DNA of 63,917 bases, counting the filler, from Octopus bimaculoides (taxonomy: Eukaryota), in assembly GCF_001194135.2 (NCBI RefSeq). It is 5 parts of 5 records of this genome, joined end to end, with 100 filler letters (N's around TTAATTAATTAA, not from the genome) between each part and the next. Parts side by side here need not be neighbours in the genome. Positions count along the whole stretch, not along the records: positions 1 to 31,262 come from NC_068985.1; 4 more parts are not named here. One strand, given 5' to 3'. The translations under genes were made by a program, and so were the position numbers. Position 1 is the stretch's first letter, and each line of letters starts with the position of its first letter. Below the pieces are notes generated by a model. It was not told the DNA's origin and made no database searches. It saw only the letters and a program-made list of their open reading frames with translations. Below are positions 1 to 11,337 of the stretch, one piece after another.

Positions 1-278
1 GCAGACACGCTCGTCCCACATCTCAGCTCTCGTGGGATGCCCCTCAGCGTCGCCAGCTTCCGCAGTAGAGGCTCAAGAGTCAATACATACAGAAGGGCCG
101 AGAGGGGGCATCCTTGACGAACCGAACACATGATGCCGAAAGGTCTGGATAGATGACCGTTTACGCGAACTACCGAGCGGATGCCGCTGTATAAGGCAGC
201 GATCCAACCGCGGAAGACGGGACCGAAACCAGCCGCTATGAGGACAGCTTCCAAGTAGTGATGGTCTACCCGATCGAA
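1..278 (-). mobile_element. Tx1/L1-clade non-LTR retrotransposon reverse transcriptase fragment (5'-truncated, continues off the left edge of the window)
   Basis: A minus-strand frame from 278 is open to the window edge: FDRVDHHYLEAVLIAAGFGPVFRGWIAALYSGIRSVVRVNGHLSRPFGIMCSVRQGCPLSALLYVLTLEPLLRKL...TSVS. This matches the L1/Tx1 RT motifs AFDRVDH and (G)VRQGCPLS. The segment is GC-rich against the AT-rich flank. It is not in the ORF track, which calls another frame. Confidence 0.9.
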
Positions 279-981
279 AACACAAATACAGATGAGCGTG
301 TTTGTGTAATCATGTGTGTATATGCGTATGGGTATGCTGAGTATAATTATTTGTCTGTTACAGTACTTTCACTGGTATGGTATCGTATGGGCCGGACTAT
401 TCATATGGATATCACACCATTCGTATAATCAGAGTGCAAGTTAAAGGGGTTGGGTGTTGAACTCAGGTGCCAACCAGAAGGGAAGCTACTAATTTAGAAA
501 AATTAAGTTGTCTCCCTTGTGAATTCAGTGCCCATGATGTAAAATGGTAACAGTATTTTTAAAACTGTGACATTTAAATACTCCTATGCATAAACACATC
601 AATAACCATTGCAGGTGAAACTGAGCAATAACGGACAAGTATCTAATGTATTATACTGTCTAATACATGTATATCCACTCTATAACAGTATGCGTGATAA
701 AAAAAGTAAGGCCGGTTATTGATCATTGGCTTTTGGACATGGCTGACATGAGGATAATCAATAAACAAAAAACTATTAGTATCATATTCTACAAATTCAG
801 GCATATAGCCATTACGTTACAGCAAACTGGAATGCTATCTCGCATAAACTACTGGACTACTGGTTCGCAGATTTTGAGTTTTAAATTAATTGGAAGGGTT
901 TGGAAATATTGTCATTTCATTTGATGGCAACCAACTCTCAGAACGTTGGGGAAAATGGAGTTTTTTTTTAAATTTGTTTCT

Positions 982-1125
982 CATCTCTGCATTCCGAGCT
1001 CAAATTCCGCCGAGTCAACCTTGCCTTTTATCTTTTCGGGGTCGAGAAAATAACGCGCCAGTCAAGTATTGAGGTCGGTGGAATCGACTTACCCCAACCC
1101 TCGCAACTGCTGGTCTTAGATCTAA
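982..1125 (+). mobile_element. tRNA-derived SINE, family D (partial)
   Basis: The B-box-like gagctcaaattcc followed by gccgagtcaaccttgcc...ttcggggtcga is shared with the copies at 11825, 36062, 44958 and 59897. Confidence 0.6.
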
Positions 1126-1492
1126 ATAAGAGTCTTCTCATCATTAGGTTTCGTACAAGCGACCCCAATAGTTATTTTAGTGCTAAAATAATTAATGCAA
1201 AGATGACTATATAGATAATTAAAAATATTTATGAGGTGAACAACAAATTTGTCAATGTAATTAATTAGGCAACTACGGGAGAGAACTCTGAATACTTCAG
1301 GTCTCCTTCAGACCCCGTTCATGAAGTGTGTTCTTAATGGTAATTGTTGAAGTTCAGAAAAATCACAAAGTAAATAAACATACTATATGGCACATTTACG
1401 GACGTACGATAATAGAAGATAATTCAGAATAAATAATTCCAAAGTGTCTTAAGCATGAGATACATTAGTCAGTTTAGTGTTTACAAATTTAA

Positions 1493-1729
1493 TACTCTTT
1501 TACTCTTTTACTTGTTTCAGTCATTTGACTGCGGCCATGCCGGAGTACCGCTTTTAGTCGAGCAAATCGACCCCAGGACTTATTCTTTGGATGCCTAGTA
1601 CTTATTCTATCGGTCACTTTTGCCGAACCGCTAAGTTACGGGACGTAAACACACCAGCATCGATTGTCAAGCGATGTTGGGGGAACAAACACAGACACAC
1701 AAACATATACACACACATACATATACATA
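1493..1729 (-). mobile_element. CORE-type SINE, family A, 3' half (runs into gap)
   Basis: Reverse complement of the 3' half of the full copy at 7596-7998. Confidence 0.85.
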
Positions 1730-2253
1730 NNNNNNNNNNNNNNNNNNNNNNNNNNNNNNNNNNNNNNNNNNNNNNNNNNNNNNNNNNNNNNNNNNNNNNN
1801 NNNNNNNNNNNNNNNNNNNNNNNNNNNNNNNNNNNNNNNNNNNNNNNNNNNNNNNNNNNNNNNNNNNNNNNNNNNNNNNNNNNNNNNNNNNNNNNNNNNN
1901 NNNNNNNNNNNNNNNNNNNNNNNNNNNNNNNNNNNNNNNNNNNNNNNNNNNNNNNNNNNNNNNNNNNNNNNNNNNNNNNNNNNNNNNNNNNNNNNNNNNN
2001 NNNNNNNNNNNNNNNNNNNNNNNNNNNNNNNNNNNNNNNNNNNNNNNNNNNNNNNNNNNNNNNNNNNNNNNNNNNNNNNNNNNNNNNNNNNNNNNNNNNN
2101 NNNNNNNNNNNNNNNNNNNNNNNNNNNNNNNNNNNNNNNNNNNNNNNNNNNNNNNNNNNNNNNNNNNNNNNNNNNNNNNNNNNNNNNNNNNNNNNNNNNN
2201 NNNNNNNNNNNNNNNNNNNNNNNNNNNNNNNNNNNNNNNNNNNNNNNNNNNNN

Positions 2254-2362
2254 TAGAATAAGTACTAGGCTTACAAAGAATAAGTCCTGGGGTCGATTTG
2301 CTCGACTAAAGCGGTGCTCCAGCATGGCTGCAGTCGAATGACTGAAACAATTAAAATAGTAA
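2254..2362 (+). mobile_element. CORE-type SINE, family A, 3' tail (emerges from gap)
   Basis: tagaataagtactaggcttacaaagaataagtcctggggtcg...gactgaaacaa matches 7881-7983. Confidence 0.8.
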
Positions 2363-2665
2363 TTAAAAAGAGAAAAGAGTATAGTTAAATGGTGAGGAAA
2401 ATAATAAACTAATATTAGTTATTGACAACATTAACTTTTTTTTTTTTTTTTCTCGGAAAATAGAGAAAATACTCTCCAGATGTACTTAGGTTTTATTTTG
2501 ACTTCATCCCGGTTAATCTCACTGGAAATGATGGAAAAAATAATGTGCCTTTCTCTTAGACAAGATGTTAACGTTTTGTCTGAAGAGAAGGATTTGACTT
2601 ATAAGTGCATGCTTATTGCTACAGAAAGAGATTTGCCCATTGGATGTACAAATTCATATTATATT

Positions 2666-2951
2666 CATTATTTACATTACTTACATTTGACGGATATTTG
2701 TCCTCATCTTGTTTGTTGTTAACACAACGTTTCGGCTGATATACCCTCCAGCCTTTGTCAGGTGTCTTGGGGAAATTTCGAACCTGGGTTCTCATTCCTA
2801 ACGATGTTACTATTATTATTATATTATTATTATTATTATTACAATTATTAATCAGGTCGCTGCCGTGAATCGAACTCGGAACCTTGGGGTTAGTAGCCCG
2901 CGCTCTTAACCACTACGCCATAATTCCTCATCTCTTAAATATAGAACTGTA
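2666..2951 (-). mobile_element. tRNA-headed SINE-like element with hammerhead motif and inverted terminal block (family H, copy 1)
   Basis: A box TGGCGTAGTGG (2910-2920 rc), B box GTTCGATTC (2867-2875 rc), internal (AAT)n, HHR-like motif at 2721-2766 and an AT-rich tail. A homologous copy lies at 44578-44941. Confidence 0.8.
2721..2766 (-). ncRNA. Minimal type I hammerhead ribozyme-like motif (G8>A in this copy)
   Basis: The minus strand reads GACAC-CTGACAA-A-GGCTG-gagggtatat-CAGCC-GAAA-CG-TT-GTGTT. Stem I is GACAC/GTGTT, stem II is GGCTG/CAGCC, and stem III is the palindrome ACGT. Confidence 0.6.
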
Positions 2952-3336
2952 TCATATTATACTGAACAAAATTTAGGGAGATTGGGGCCGCGAAGTTAAC
3001 AAACAAAATGATTTCTTCTCCAGGGTCTTCATGACATAATGAACTATCACACGTTCATTTACGTATGTGTATATCTAACATGCATAGAACTATATTATCG
3101 ACAAGCATCGATATGTCTTCGTCTTTTTTTTATATATATATACACATGATATGACTACACATTTCAAAATACTGAAAATAGCCGTTTGTATAATACAAAA
3201 TTATGCATGTACATGTATTATGCTTATATCAGCGAACAGATACATGTTTACAGTCATCTACCTAGAGAAATCAATCTCTCTCTCTCTCTCTCTCTCACTC
3301 GCTCGCTCGCGCCCTCTCCCTGTCTCTCTCTCCCTA

Positions 3337-3367
<31 letters not shown>

Positions 3368-3858
3368 NNNNNNNNNNNNNNNNNNNNNNNNNNNNNNNNN
3401 NNNNNNNNNNNNNNNNNNNNNNNNNNNNNNNNNNNNNNNNNNNNNNNNNNNNNNNNNNNNNNNNNNNNNNNNNNNNNNNNNNNNNNNNNNNNNNNNNNNN
3501 NNNNNNNNNNNNNNNNNNNNNNNNNNNNNNNNNNNNNNNNNNNNNNNNNNNNNNNNNNNNNNNNNNNNNNNNNNNNNNNNNNNNNNNNNNNNNNNNNNNN
3601 NNNNNNNNNNNNNNNNNNNNNNNNNNNNNNNNNNNNNNNNNNNNNNNNNNNNNNNNNNNNNNNNNNNNNNNNNNNNNNNNNNNNNNNNNNNNNATTTACT
3701 TGTTTCAGTCATTTCAATGCGAATATATATATATATATATATATTTACATTAATATGCATGCATATGTGTGTGTGTGCATATCCGTGTGTGTGCGCATGT
3801 GTGTGCATGTGCGTGTGTGCGCGCATGTGCGAGCGTGCGTGTATGCATGCGTGCGTGC

Positions 3859-3893
<35 letters not shown>

Positions 3894-4721
3894 GCAGCTT
3901 GGGCTACGGGACACTCCCTCATGATTAGACAACTAGAGACGTACAGGAATTCGACACTTCCCATTAATATTATCCCCACCAGCGATGATGCCGAACAGCA
4001 TCTACGCTGCCAAGGGAACATGCAGGTTCTTTGATCCAGTCTTTAGCAGGCATCAGTGTTCCTTCCTGTTATCCTTTTGTGTGTGAGAGTGCACGCACTT
4101 TAAAAGACGTATGTGTGCGTGTATGCATATATATATACACACATACACCTACATACACACATACACGTAGGTGTTAGATGTGTTTCCATGAACGGAAATG
4201 TATATATCGGTAGAAAGATATTTGACTTGAAGACAGAGAGACGAACGAAAGCAATAGGGACGGGGAAAGATTTCGGATGCAGCACGGATATATACAGAAA
4301 ACTAAGCAGTCCAGCTGACAGATTGTCAGACTCCTAAATTTGGTTATTTTAAGAACTCCATTTATCCCTTTCTTTTTTCTTCTTTTCTTTCTCTTTTCTT
4401 TTTTTATTTTTAAACTTATTTTCCTGTTTGTATCAAAGCTGATAGTTCGTTAATTACACTATTGGCTCTGTTCCAATTGAAACCGGAGTCATTATATCTA
4501 CTGCGGCTTTATTCATTCGCTAGAAAACTGATTTACTCGTGGAGGTGACCAGCTGTCCATTGCAAGCCACCCTGCAATTAGCAATCATTTTGCATAGAAA
4601 GTCCGATGGATGTTGGCCAGCAATTGGGCCTTAGTCTCCGGCAAATACATCCATATAGATGCGCTCAACTACTTTGCTTTGTTCCTTTCTCGCGTGTGTG
4701 TGTGTGTGTGTATGTGTGTGT

Positions 4722-4771
<50 letters not shown>

Positions 4772-4775
<4 letters not shown>

Positions 4776-5062
4776 ATGCACACATACGCACAAAAACGCA
4801 TATATGTGAACACGTGTGTATGTGTATGTATGTATGAATGAAGGTATGTATGTATGTATGTATGTATGTATGTTTGTATGTATGTATGTTTGCATGTATG
4901 TGGGGAGGATGTAATGTGTGTGTGTGTGCAGATGCACACATACACGCAAAAACGCATATATGTGAACACGTGTGTATGTGTACGTATTTATGAATGAATG
5001 TATATATGTATGTATGTATGTATGTTTGTTTATTTGTATGTATTTGTGTGGGGGAGGATGTA

Positions 5063-5100
<38 letters not shown>
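4772..5100. repeat. ~156-bp tandem duplication built of compound (TG)/(TATG) microsatellite
   Basis: gcagatgcacacatac...aaaaacgcatatatgtgaacacgtgtg starts at 4772 and 4928; ggggaggatgtaatgtgtg also occurs twice. Confidence 0.85.
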
Positions 5101-5103
<3 letters not shown>

Positions 5104-5444
5104 TATACAACTGACAAGATTGTGTTAGCTTCTATATCCTTTCACCACCCCCACTAGATCTCCTAACTTTCATTTGTGTTCATACCAGCTATAGCTTACT
5201 TGCTAATACTGTTCAGATATTGATAGCTTCCGTTTCGTCTTTGAAATCCACCTCATTCTTTCAAATCATTCTCTTTCATCGCATACTTACTTACCCTGGC
5301 GGTCAAATCTTGCTTTTTACTATAACATATTGTTGTTCTTTACTCCCAGGTTCGCGCTGATCGAATCGACCTATGATCAAGTCATTCTATTTGTGACTGC
5401 ATTATTCAATGTCTCTTTTTCAAAACGGTAGAATAAGATTTGAA

Positions 5445-5800
5445 CCTTTGGTCGGTAATCTTGGATAATGACCGTAAGAATACGATCGCGAATGCAAGCT
5501 GCTGAAATGGTCCTCCTCAGAACGGTCTTTGGAGTAACCTTACTCGAAAGAGTGCATGTCTCGGAGATCAGGGAGGCACTTCAGGTAGAGCCGCTATTTC
5601 ACCGAATTGAGAGATCAATGCTCCGATGCATCGGACAAGTGGATAGAATGTCTCAGGAAAGAGTTGATGGACAAGTTTTACTGGCAACACCAACTGTAGG
5701 AAACCCAGAGGTAGACCACTAGTAAGATGAATGGATAACATCTATGAGCTCAGTTCGTCTCGCTTGGGGATAGAGATGGATTAACTGGGGACGGTGCTTC
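5445..5800 (+). mobile_element. RTE-clade LINE, C-terminal fragment (decayed)
   Basis: SWIMTVRIRSRMQAAEMVLLRTVFGVTLLERVHVSEIREALQVEPLFHRIERSMLRCIGQVDRM..., then GKPRGRP after a frameshift. This is the typical RTE/Expander C-terminus. Confidence 0.85.
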
Positions 5801-5879
5801 TGAGAGGATCCGATAATAACCCTTGCATGAATAAGTTGGTGCAGAAGATGAGATAAGACGAGGGAAACCGAGGAACCGC

Positions 5880-7180
5880 ATAGCACTTCGTTGATAGCTT
5901 CTGGTATGTTGTACGATTTGTTCATATTTGTGGATCTCCAAATATTTCTACGTTTTCTTATTGGCTGATTAATTTTAGTATTAGTGTTTACTGGGAGGCG
6001 CAATGGCCCAGTGGTTAGGGCAGCGGACTCGCGGTTATAGGATCGCCGTTTCGATTCCCAGACCGGGCGTTGTGAGTGTTTATTGAGCGAAAACACCTAA
6101 AGCTCCACGAGGCTCCGGCAGGGGATAGTGGTGAACCCTACTGTACTCTTTCACCGCAACGTTCTCTCATTCTTTCTTCCTGTTTCTGTTGTACTTGTAT
6201 TTCAAAGGGCCAGCCTTGTCACACTGTGTCACGCTGAATATCCCCGAGAACTACGTTAAGGGTACACGTGTCTGTGGAGTGCTCAGCCACTTGCACGTTA
6301 ATTTCACGAGCAGGCTGTTCCGTTGATCGCATCAACTGGAACCCTCGACGTCGTAAGCGACGGAGTGCCAACAACAACAACAAGTGTTTACTGACTTCGC
6401 CATTATGTTACGACGGTACACTTGTTATCCCAAAATTCTTTAATGATATCAGAGCTATAAAGATTTGAAGTATGTATAAATTTTTTCCAGATGAGTCTCT
6501 GAAATTATTTAGAAAATACGACTTTCATCTACAGCAGAAATCTTGTTTCCTTCCTCCATCCAATCATGTAATTACTTCCTGTAGAGCTTGCGAAAGCCTA
6601 AATATGAAAATTTCTAGAGAAATCAAAACTGGTGAGAGTGACTCTCGTTTGAACAGTTTATTCCAGCTGTAAATTACTTCAGTTAATAGAGTACTTTTGT
6701 TGCAATTTATTGATAGGTTTTGCTGTCAGAGGATGATGGTCTCAGTGACTTCACAGCCATTGGGAATAATATATAAATTTCCATGAATTTGGTTCTTTAT
6801 AATAGGCTTTCTTGTACTCCATTCATGCACTAAGTTGATTTTTTCCTGTCTACTGTCTTCTTGTGAAATACTGCTCTTTAATTATTAACAATCGATTCTT
6901 GCCGTGGTATTAGAATCTTATTCTGGTAAGCGTTTGTTTACTTCTAAGTTACGTATATTACTATGAATGCTAGTATCTTGCATAAAATCGAAAGGCAATT
7001 GACCTGTAATTTTTAGGATCACCTGTTTTCCCCATTTTTTATACGAGGGTTGTTGTGCCTTCCGTCAGCTTTTCATTCGAGTTGGGTTATTTATGACTGC
7101 CTATTTATTGCGTAGTATTTTTATCTCGGAGTTATAAATATTGCTTTCACCAATTGATTTCTTTTCTTTCGGTGCCTTGT
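5880..7180 (-). mobile_element. Decayed R4/Dong-type RLE retrotransposon RT fragment, interrupted by a SINE
   Basis: Motifs occur in RT order on the minus strand: GDPKNYRSIA (6994-7023), EYKKAY..PNSW (~6780-6820), ESLSP (6630-6647), DI..EF.D.KC (~6420-6455) and KYL.IHKYEQI (5916-5948). There are many stops and frameshifts. The 5' junction lies at (TAA)4, 7180-7195. Confidence 0.7.
5994..6382 (+). mobile_element. tRNA-derived SINE, family B, full length with 11-bp TSD
   Basis: A box tggcccagtgg, B-box-like gtttcgattcc and a (CAA)n tail. The TSD agtgtttactg lies at 5983-5993 and 6383-6393. Confidence 0.92.
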
Positions 7181-7595
7181 ATTATTATTATTATATCTGC
7201 TCTATACTTATCCATTCCTCTTAATATACGACACATTATTCTGTTTTGTTTTTCTTTGATAAACTTTTTAATGTTTACCTTCTAACCAGATACTTTTTTT
7301 AAACATCTTCTATGGCTGGAGAATTGTCAATTTATTTGAATTTATTTATTTACTTCTCTATATATTTTCATTGCTGATACGCTTATAATGTTGTTTTAAC
7401 TTTCATATATTATTAATATGGTTCAATTTACTTATTTTTCAAATGCTTGGTTTCCATATTCGTTTGTACGGTTTTGTATTTTCTCGGTGATTTCAGTACG
7501 AGGCTCTACATTCACTGCATTGGATGAAGTGTACATTAACCGACTGATATCTGACTTCTCTATCTTCTGCAGACTTATCTTGTTATTATTTTTAA

Positions 7596-7998
7596 GGCGC
7601 AGGAGTGGCTGTGTGGTAAGTAGCTTGCTTACCAACCACATGGTTCCGGGTTCAGTCCCACTGCGTTTCACCTTGGGCAAGTGTCTTCTACTATAGCCTC
7701 AGGTCGACCAAAGCCTTATGTGTGGATTTGGTAGACGGAAACTGAAAGAAGCCTGTCCTATATATATATGTATGTGTGCGTATATGCTTGTATGTCTGTG
7801 TTTGTCCCCTCAACATCGCTTGACAACCGATACTGGTGTGTTTACGTCCCCGTAACTTAGCGATTCGGCAAAAGAGACCGATAGAATAAGTACTAGGCTT
7901 ACAAAGAATAAGGCCCGGGGTCGATTTGCTCGACTAAAGGCGGCGCTCCAGCATGGCCGCAGTCAAATGACTGAAACAAGTAACAGAGAGTAAAGAGT
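7596..7998 (+). mobile_element. CORE-type SINE, family A, full length
   Basis: A box tggctgtgtgg (7606-7616), B box gggttcagtcc (7648-7658), CORE-like caccttgggcaagtgtcttctactatagcctc (7669-7700), an internal (TA/TG) microsatellite and a CR1-like tail. Confidence 0.9.
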
Positions 7999-8545
7999 AT
8001 GATTAGCCTATTTGATTGACGTTATGCTTTATAACGAACATCTTGTAGATTTAAAGCCTATCTTCAAATTTCAGCTTCATTTTGCCTATGGTTTCTGATG
8101 GTCACTCATCCATTTCAGTTGGTTAAAAATTGTATCGTATCGACTTTTTATCTACTGATTATTTTCACTTCTTGACAATACTGAAATTCGATTTATTTTT
8201 CTGCTCTCTTTTACTGCATAGACGATCTACTATAACATGAACTTTGTTATAGTTTTGTTGAATATCATATGATTTGTGTAACAATTGCGTTGTTGAAAAA
8301 ATATCTATTACTCAATTATCATTCTTTGAGGTTTCTCTTTGTATTTTGCTTCTTGTTCGTCTAGAGCAGTATTTCTTAGACATTTCCTGTATTCCCCTTC
8401 ACCAGTGTATCATCACCCAACATATTATAGTATGTTGTATAGTCTGCTATACAACACATTCTACTGCATGCTATTGATATCCTTATATTAGTTTTAATAT
8501 TAGTATTCATAAACGTTACCGAAAAGAAGAATAAATTTAGCAAAA

Positions 8546-8702
8546 TTTAGGGTTAGGGTTCGGATTTTAGAGTTAGGGTTAGGGTTAGGGCTAGGGTTAG
8601 GGTTTGGCAAAAATACTCATAACTGTAACCCTAACCCTAACTCTAAAACCCGAACCCTAACCCTAAAACCCTAACCCTAAAACCCTAACCCTAAAACCCT
8701 AA
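8546..8702. repeat. Interstitial telomere-like (TTAGGG)n / (CCCTAA)n inverted repeat
   Basis: The 42-bp arms at 8546-8587 and 8626-8667 are reverse complements with one mismatch. Further ccctaaccctaaaa units run to 8702. Confidence 0.9.
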
Positions 8703-9387
8703 AGCTAAAGCCAGTACAAACAACGGCAATAATTTTATTCAAGGGAAAAGATCCCATTACACCGCTAGAGCGTGTTGTTTACATTCCACAGCAGTAATTG
8801 TTTTCACCTCAATAAACGTCAGTGATTGGTTGAAATTACCGAAATAAGACAATTTTAACACGAAATAACTTTAAAAAGATAAAATTTTCTCAGTAACACT
8901 AAGAGTAAAAGATGTTTTATATGACACATTCTACCAGTGTCCCACGTTTGAAAGTGTTTCGTTAAGGAAACAAGTGGCGCCCGCCAAAACAGAAAGATCC
9001 ATTATTTGTCCACCCTAGAACTTTGGAATTCCACACTAGAACAGCTACTCCTAAAAATTCCTTCCCCTGCCCCCATTCTTTTCCATCAAGACTCGACATA
9101 TAGAAGTTCTCACTGATCGACAACGACGTGGTTCACATTAATCTAATGGATGAAGGGATATGGATATCTTTGATGCTGTCCAACTAATAAATAAATTTTA
9201 AAAAAAAGAAAGTTGCGTCCGTTTACGTTTAGGTTCAAAATTCCACCAGTGTTGACTTTGCTTTCTGTCGCTCCAGGATCGATAAAGCAAACACCAATGA
9301 AATACTAAGTCGATTCTATCGACTACATAAATGAGTAGATTTGTATCAATGTGATAAACCATCATAACTCCGATCATTGCTGGTTTC

Positions 9388-9430
9388 TTCATCATCATCA
9401 TCATCGTCGTCGTCGTCGTTGTCGCCGTCG

Positions 9431-9467
<37 letters not shown>

Positions 9468-9555
9468 AATCATCATTATCATCACCACCATCATCATTAT
9501 CGTCATCATCACAATAATCATCGTCGTCATCAACATCATCATCACCACCGTCATC
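9388..9555. repeat. (CAT)n/(CGT)n compound microsatellite
   Basis: Direct reading; source of the poly-His and poly-Met ORF artefacts. Confidence 0.95.
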
Positions 9556-10499
9556 AAAAGAAGATGATCGAGTAGGGTATAAGCTGTGACTGTTATGTTG
9601 TTTCTGTTGTTTAATCCCAGATCATCTCTAATAAAGAAGAGCTAAGAGCAAAAGGCGTTCCAGCCATGACGATAACCATTTTTAGAAGTATTTAAATTAC
9701 ATGATGCCAATATTTCACGTTCTTATATAAAACGGCAAAGTGTGGTTTGAAAAGAAATTTAGCTGCCATTTCTAGCAAGTCAAGCGATCACATAAGGATC
9801 TTTAGTCGGCTTGTGTGGATTATGTTATATCATTGGATGATAATTGTGTAGAATATGAGCTGCGTGAGGGGCCGATGGAGCGTTGCGGGCTGTATCGTAA
9901 CATTGAGTATTAGATATTGAACACATAAGAATCTGTATTATTTCATTATCAGTTGATGCTGTAGAAAAATGTAGTGTCAGACGTGTTTTTACATTATGTA
10001 GTGATTCAATAGAGGATGTGTTGTGTGAGTTGTATTATTTTATTATATTTTCATTCTGTAGAGAAATGTATTATGTGAGTTATTCTATTATGTCCTAATA
10101 CAATAGTACATGTTCTCTGTGAGCTGTATTATTTCATTAGACGGTTATTCTATAATAAAATGTTGTGTGAGTTGTGTGATTTCATTATATGGTCATTCCG
10201 AAGGGTATATGCTGTACAGGTTGTGATATTATACTCCGTTATGATTGTGTATACTATGTGTTGTTCGAGTTTTATAGAAAGTGTACAATGTCGTACTATA
10301 CTAAGTCTATAATTAGTGTGCTATTGTCATTTTTGATACGGAAAACTGACGTCAGGCAAATCACGTGCTATTTGAAGGTTTGTCTCTATTCTAAAGTTCC
10401 ACACTATTTCCACTTGTTATTTTCAAAGACAGGTGGAGTTTCACTGTTTGCCATATACAAGAATATAAATGTATGTATGTGTATGCGTTTCTGTGTGTA

Positions 10500-10563
<64 letters not shown>

Positions 10564-11012
10564 AGTGGTGTCTCCTATGCATATACATTTGTATATGTGT
10601 ATTAGTGTATGCGTAAATGTACGTGTATACATGTGTGTGTGTGTATGTGTGTGTGCGTGTGTATGTGTGTGTGTGTGTGTGTGTGCGTGTGTGTGTAGAG
10701 TGAGTGAAAGACAGAAGTGGGAGCGAGGTTAATTCATTCGTTTGTTTTGTTTTGTTATGTTTCAAACCAAAAAAACTTCTGACCTCAACTATACCAAAAT
10801 GTAGTTTACCAAATTAGCTTGTGATTTGTCCGAATTTGTCTGATCCAGACATCAAGGCAATATCATTTCCTAATCTTCAGCCAAAATCTGATTACCTATT
10901 CAGATTATTTTCTATAAATAACATTCCAAGCTGCCTTGCAAATTGCTCAACTTTTATTATAGAGACCAGTAAACTTAAAGTGATATATTAATGTCAGATT
11001 CTTCTAAAATAC

Positions 11013-11053
<41 letters not shown>

Positions 11054-11337
11054 ACACATACACACGCATTCCTCCACTCATATATACGTGTGCCTATATG
11101 TTGGCTGATGTATATTATTGAGTTCGGTGAATAGATCACTGCATTGCAAGATAGATTTTAAGATTTTGTCTACAGACACAACAATATGTCTACAGAAGAA
11201 TACAAGATGTCACGACAAGTATATAGCGAAACCCATGATTTATATGAACTTAACCCGGTAAGTAATCTTATCCACTTGCTTACTGAGTTGCACTGACACA
11301 AGCAATTGCGCACTTATGTCCAAATGCCTGACTATGT

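Noticed and set aside
73-285. Track ORF MCFRSGRPSLL...
   Set aside because: Wrong frame. The RT motifs are in another minus-strand frame ending at 278.
3898-4025. Open 128-nt stretch between ttgcag and cag|gttctt
   Set aside because: The acceptor derives from a (TG)n edge, the donor is weak and the peptide is unrecognised.
5994-6070. tRNA-like heads (also at 2860-2920, 7596-7660, 34215-34277 and 44666-44730)
   Set aside because: They have A/B boxes but no complete cloverleaf or acceptor stem, and each is followed by a SINE body and tail. They are not tRNA genes.
8546-8702. Interpretation as a true chromosome end or telomere fusion
   Set aside because: The tracts are short, internal and degenerate, and both arms share the same variant block.
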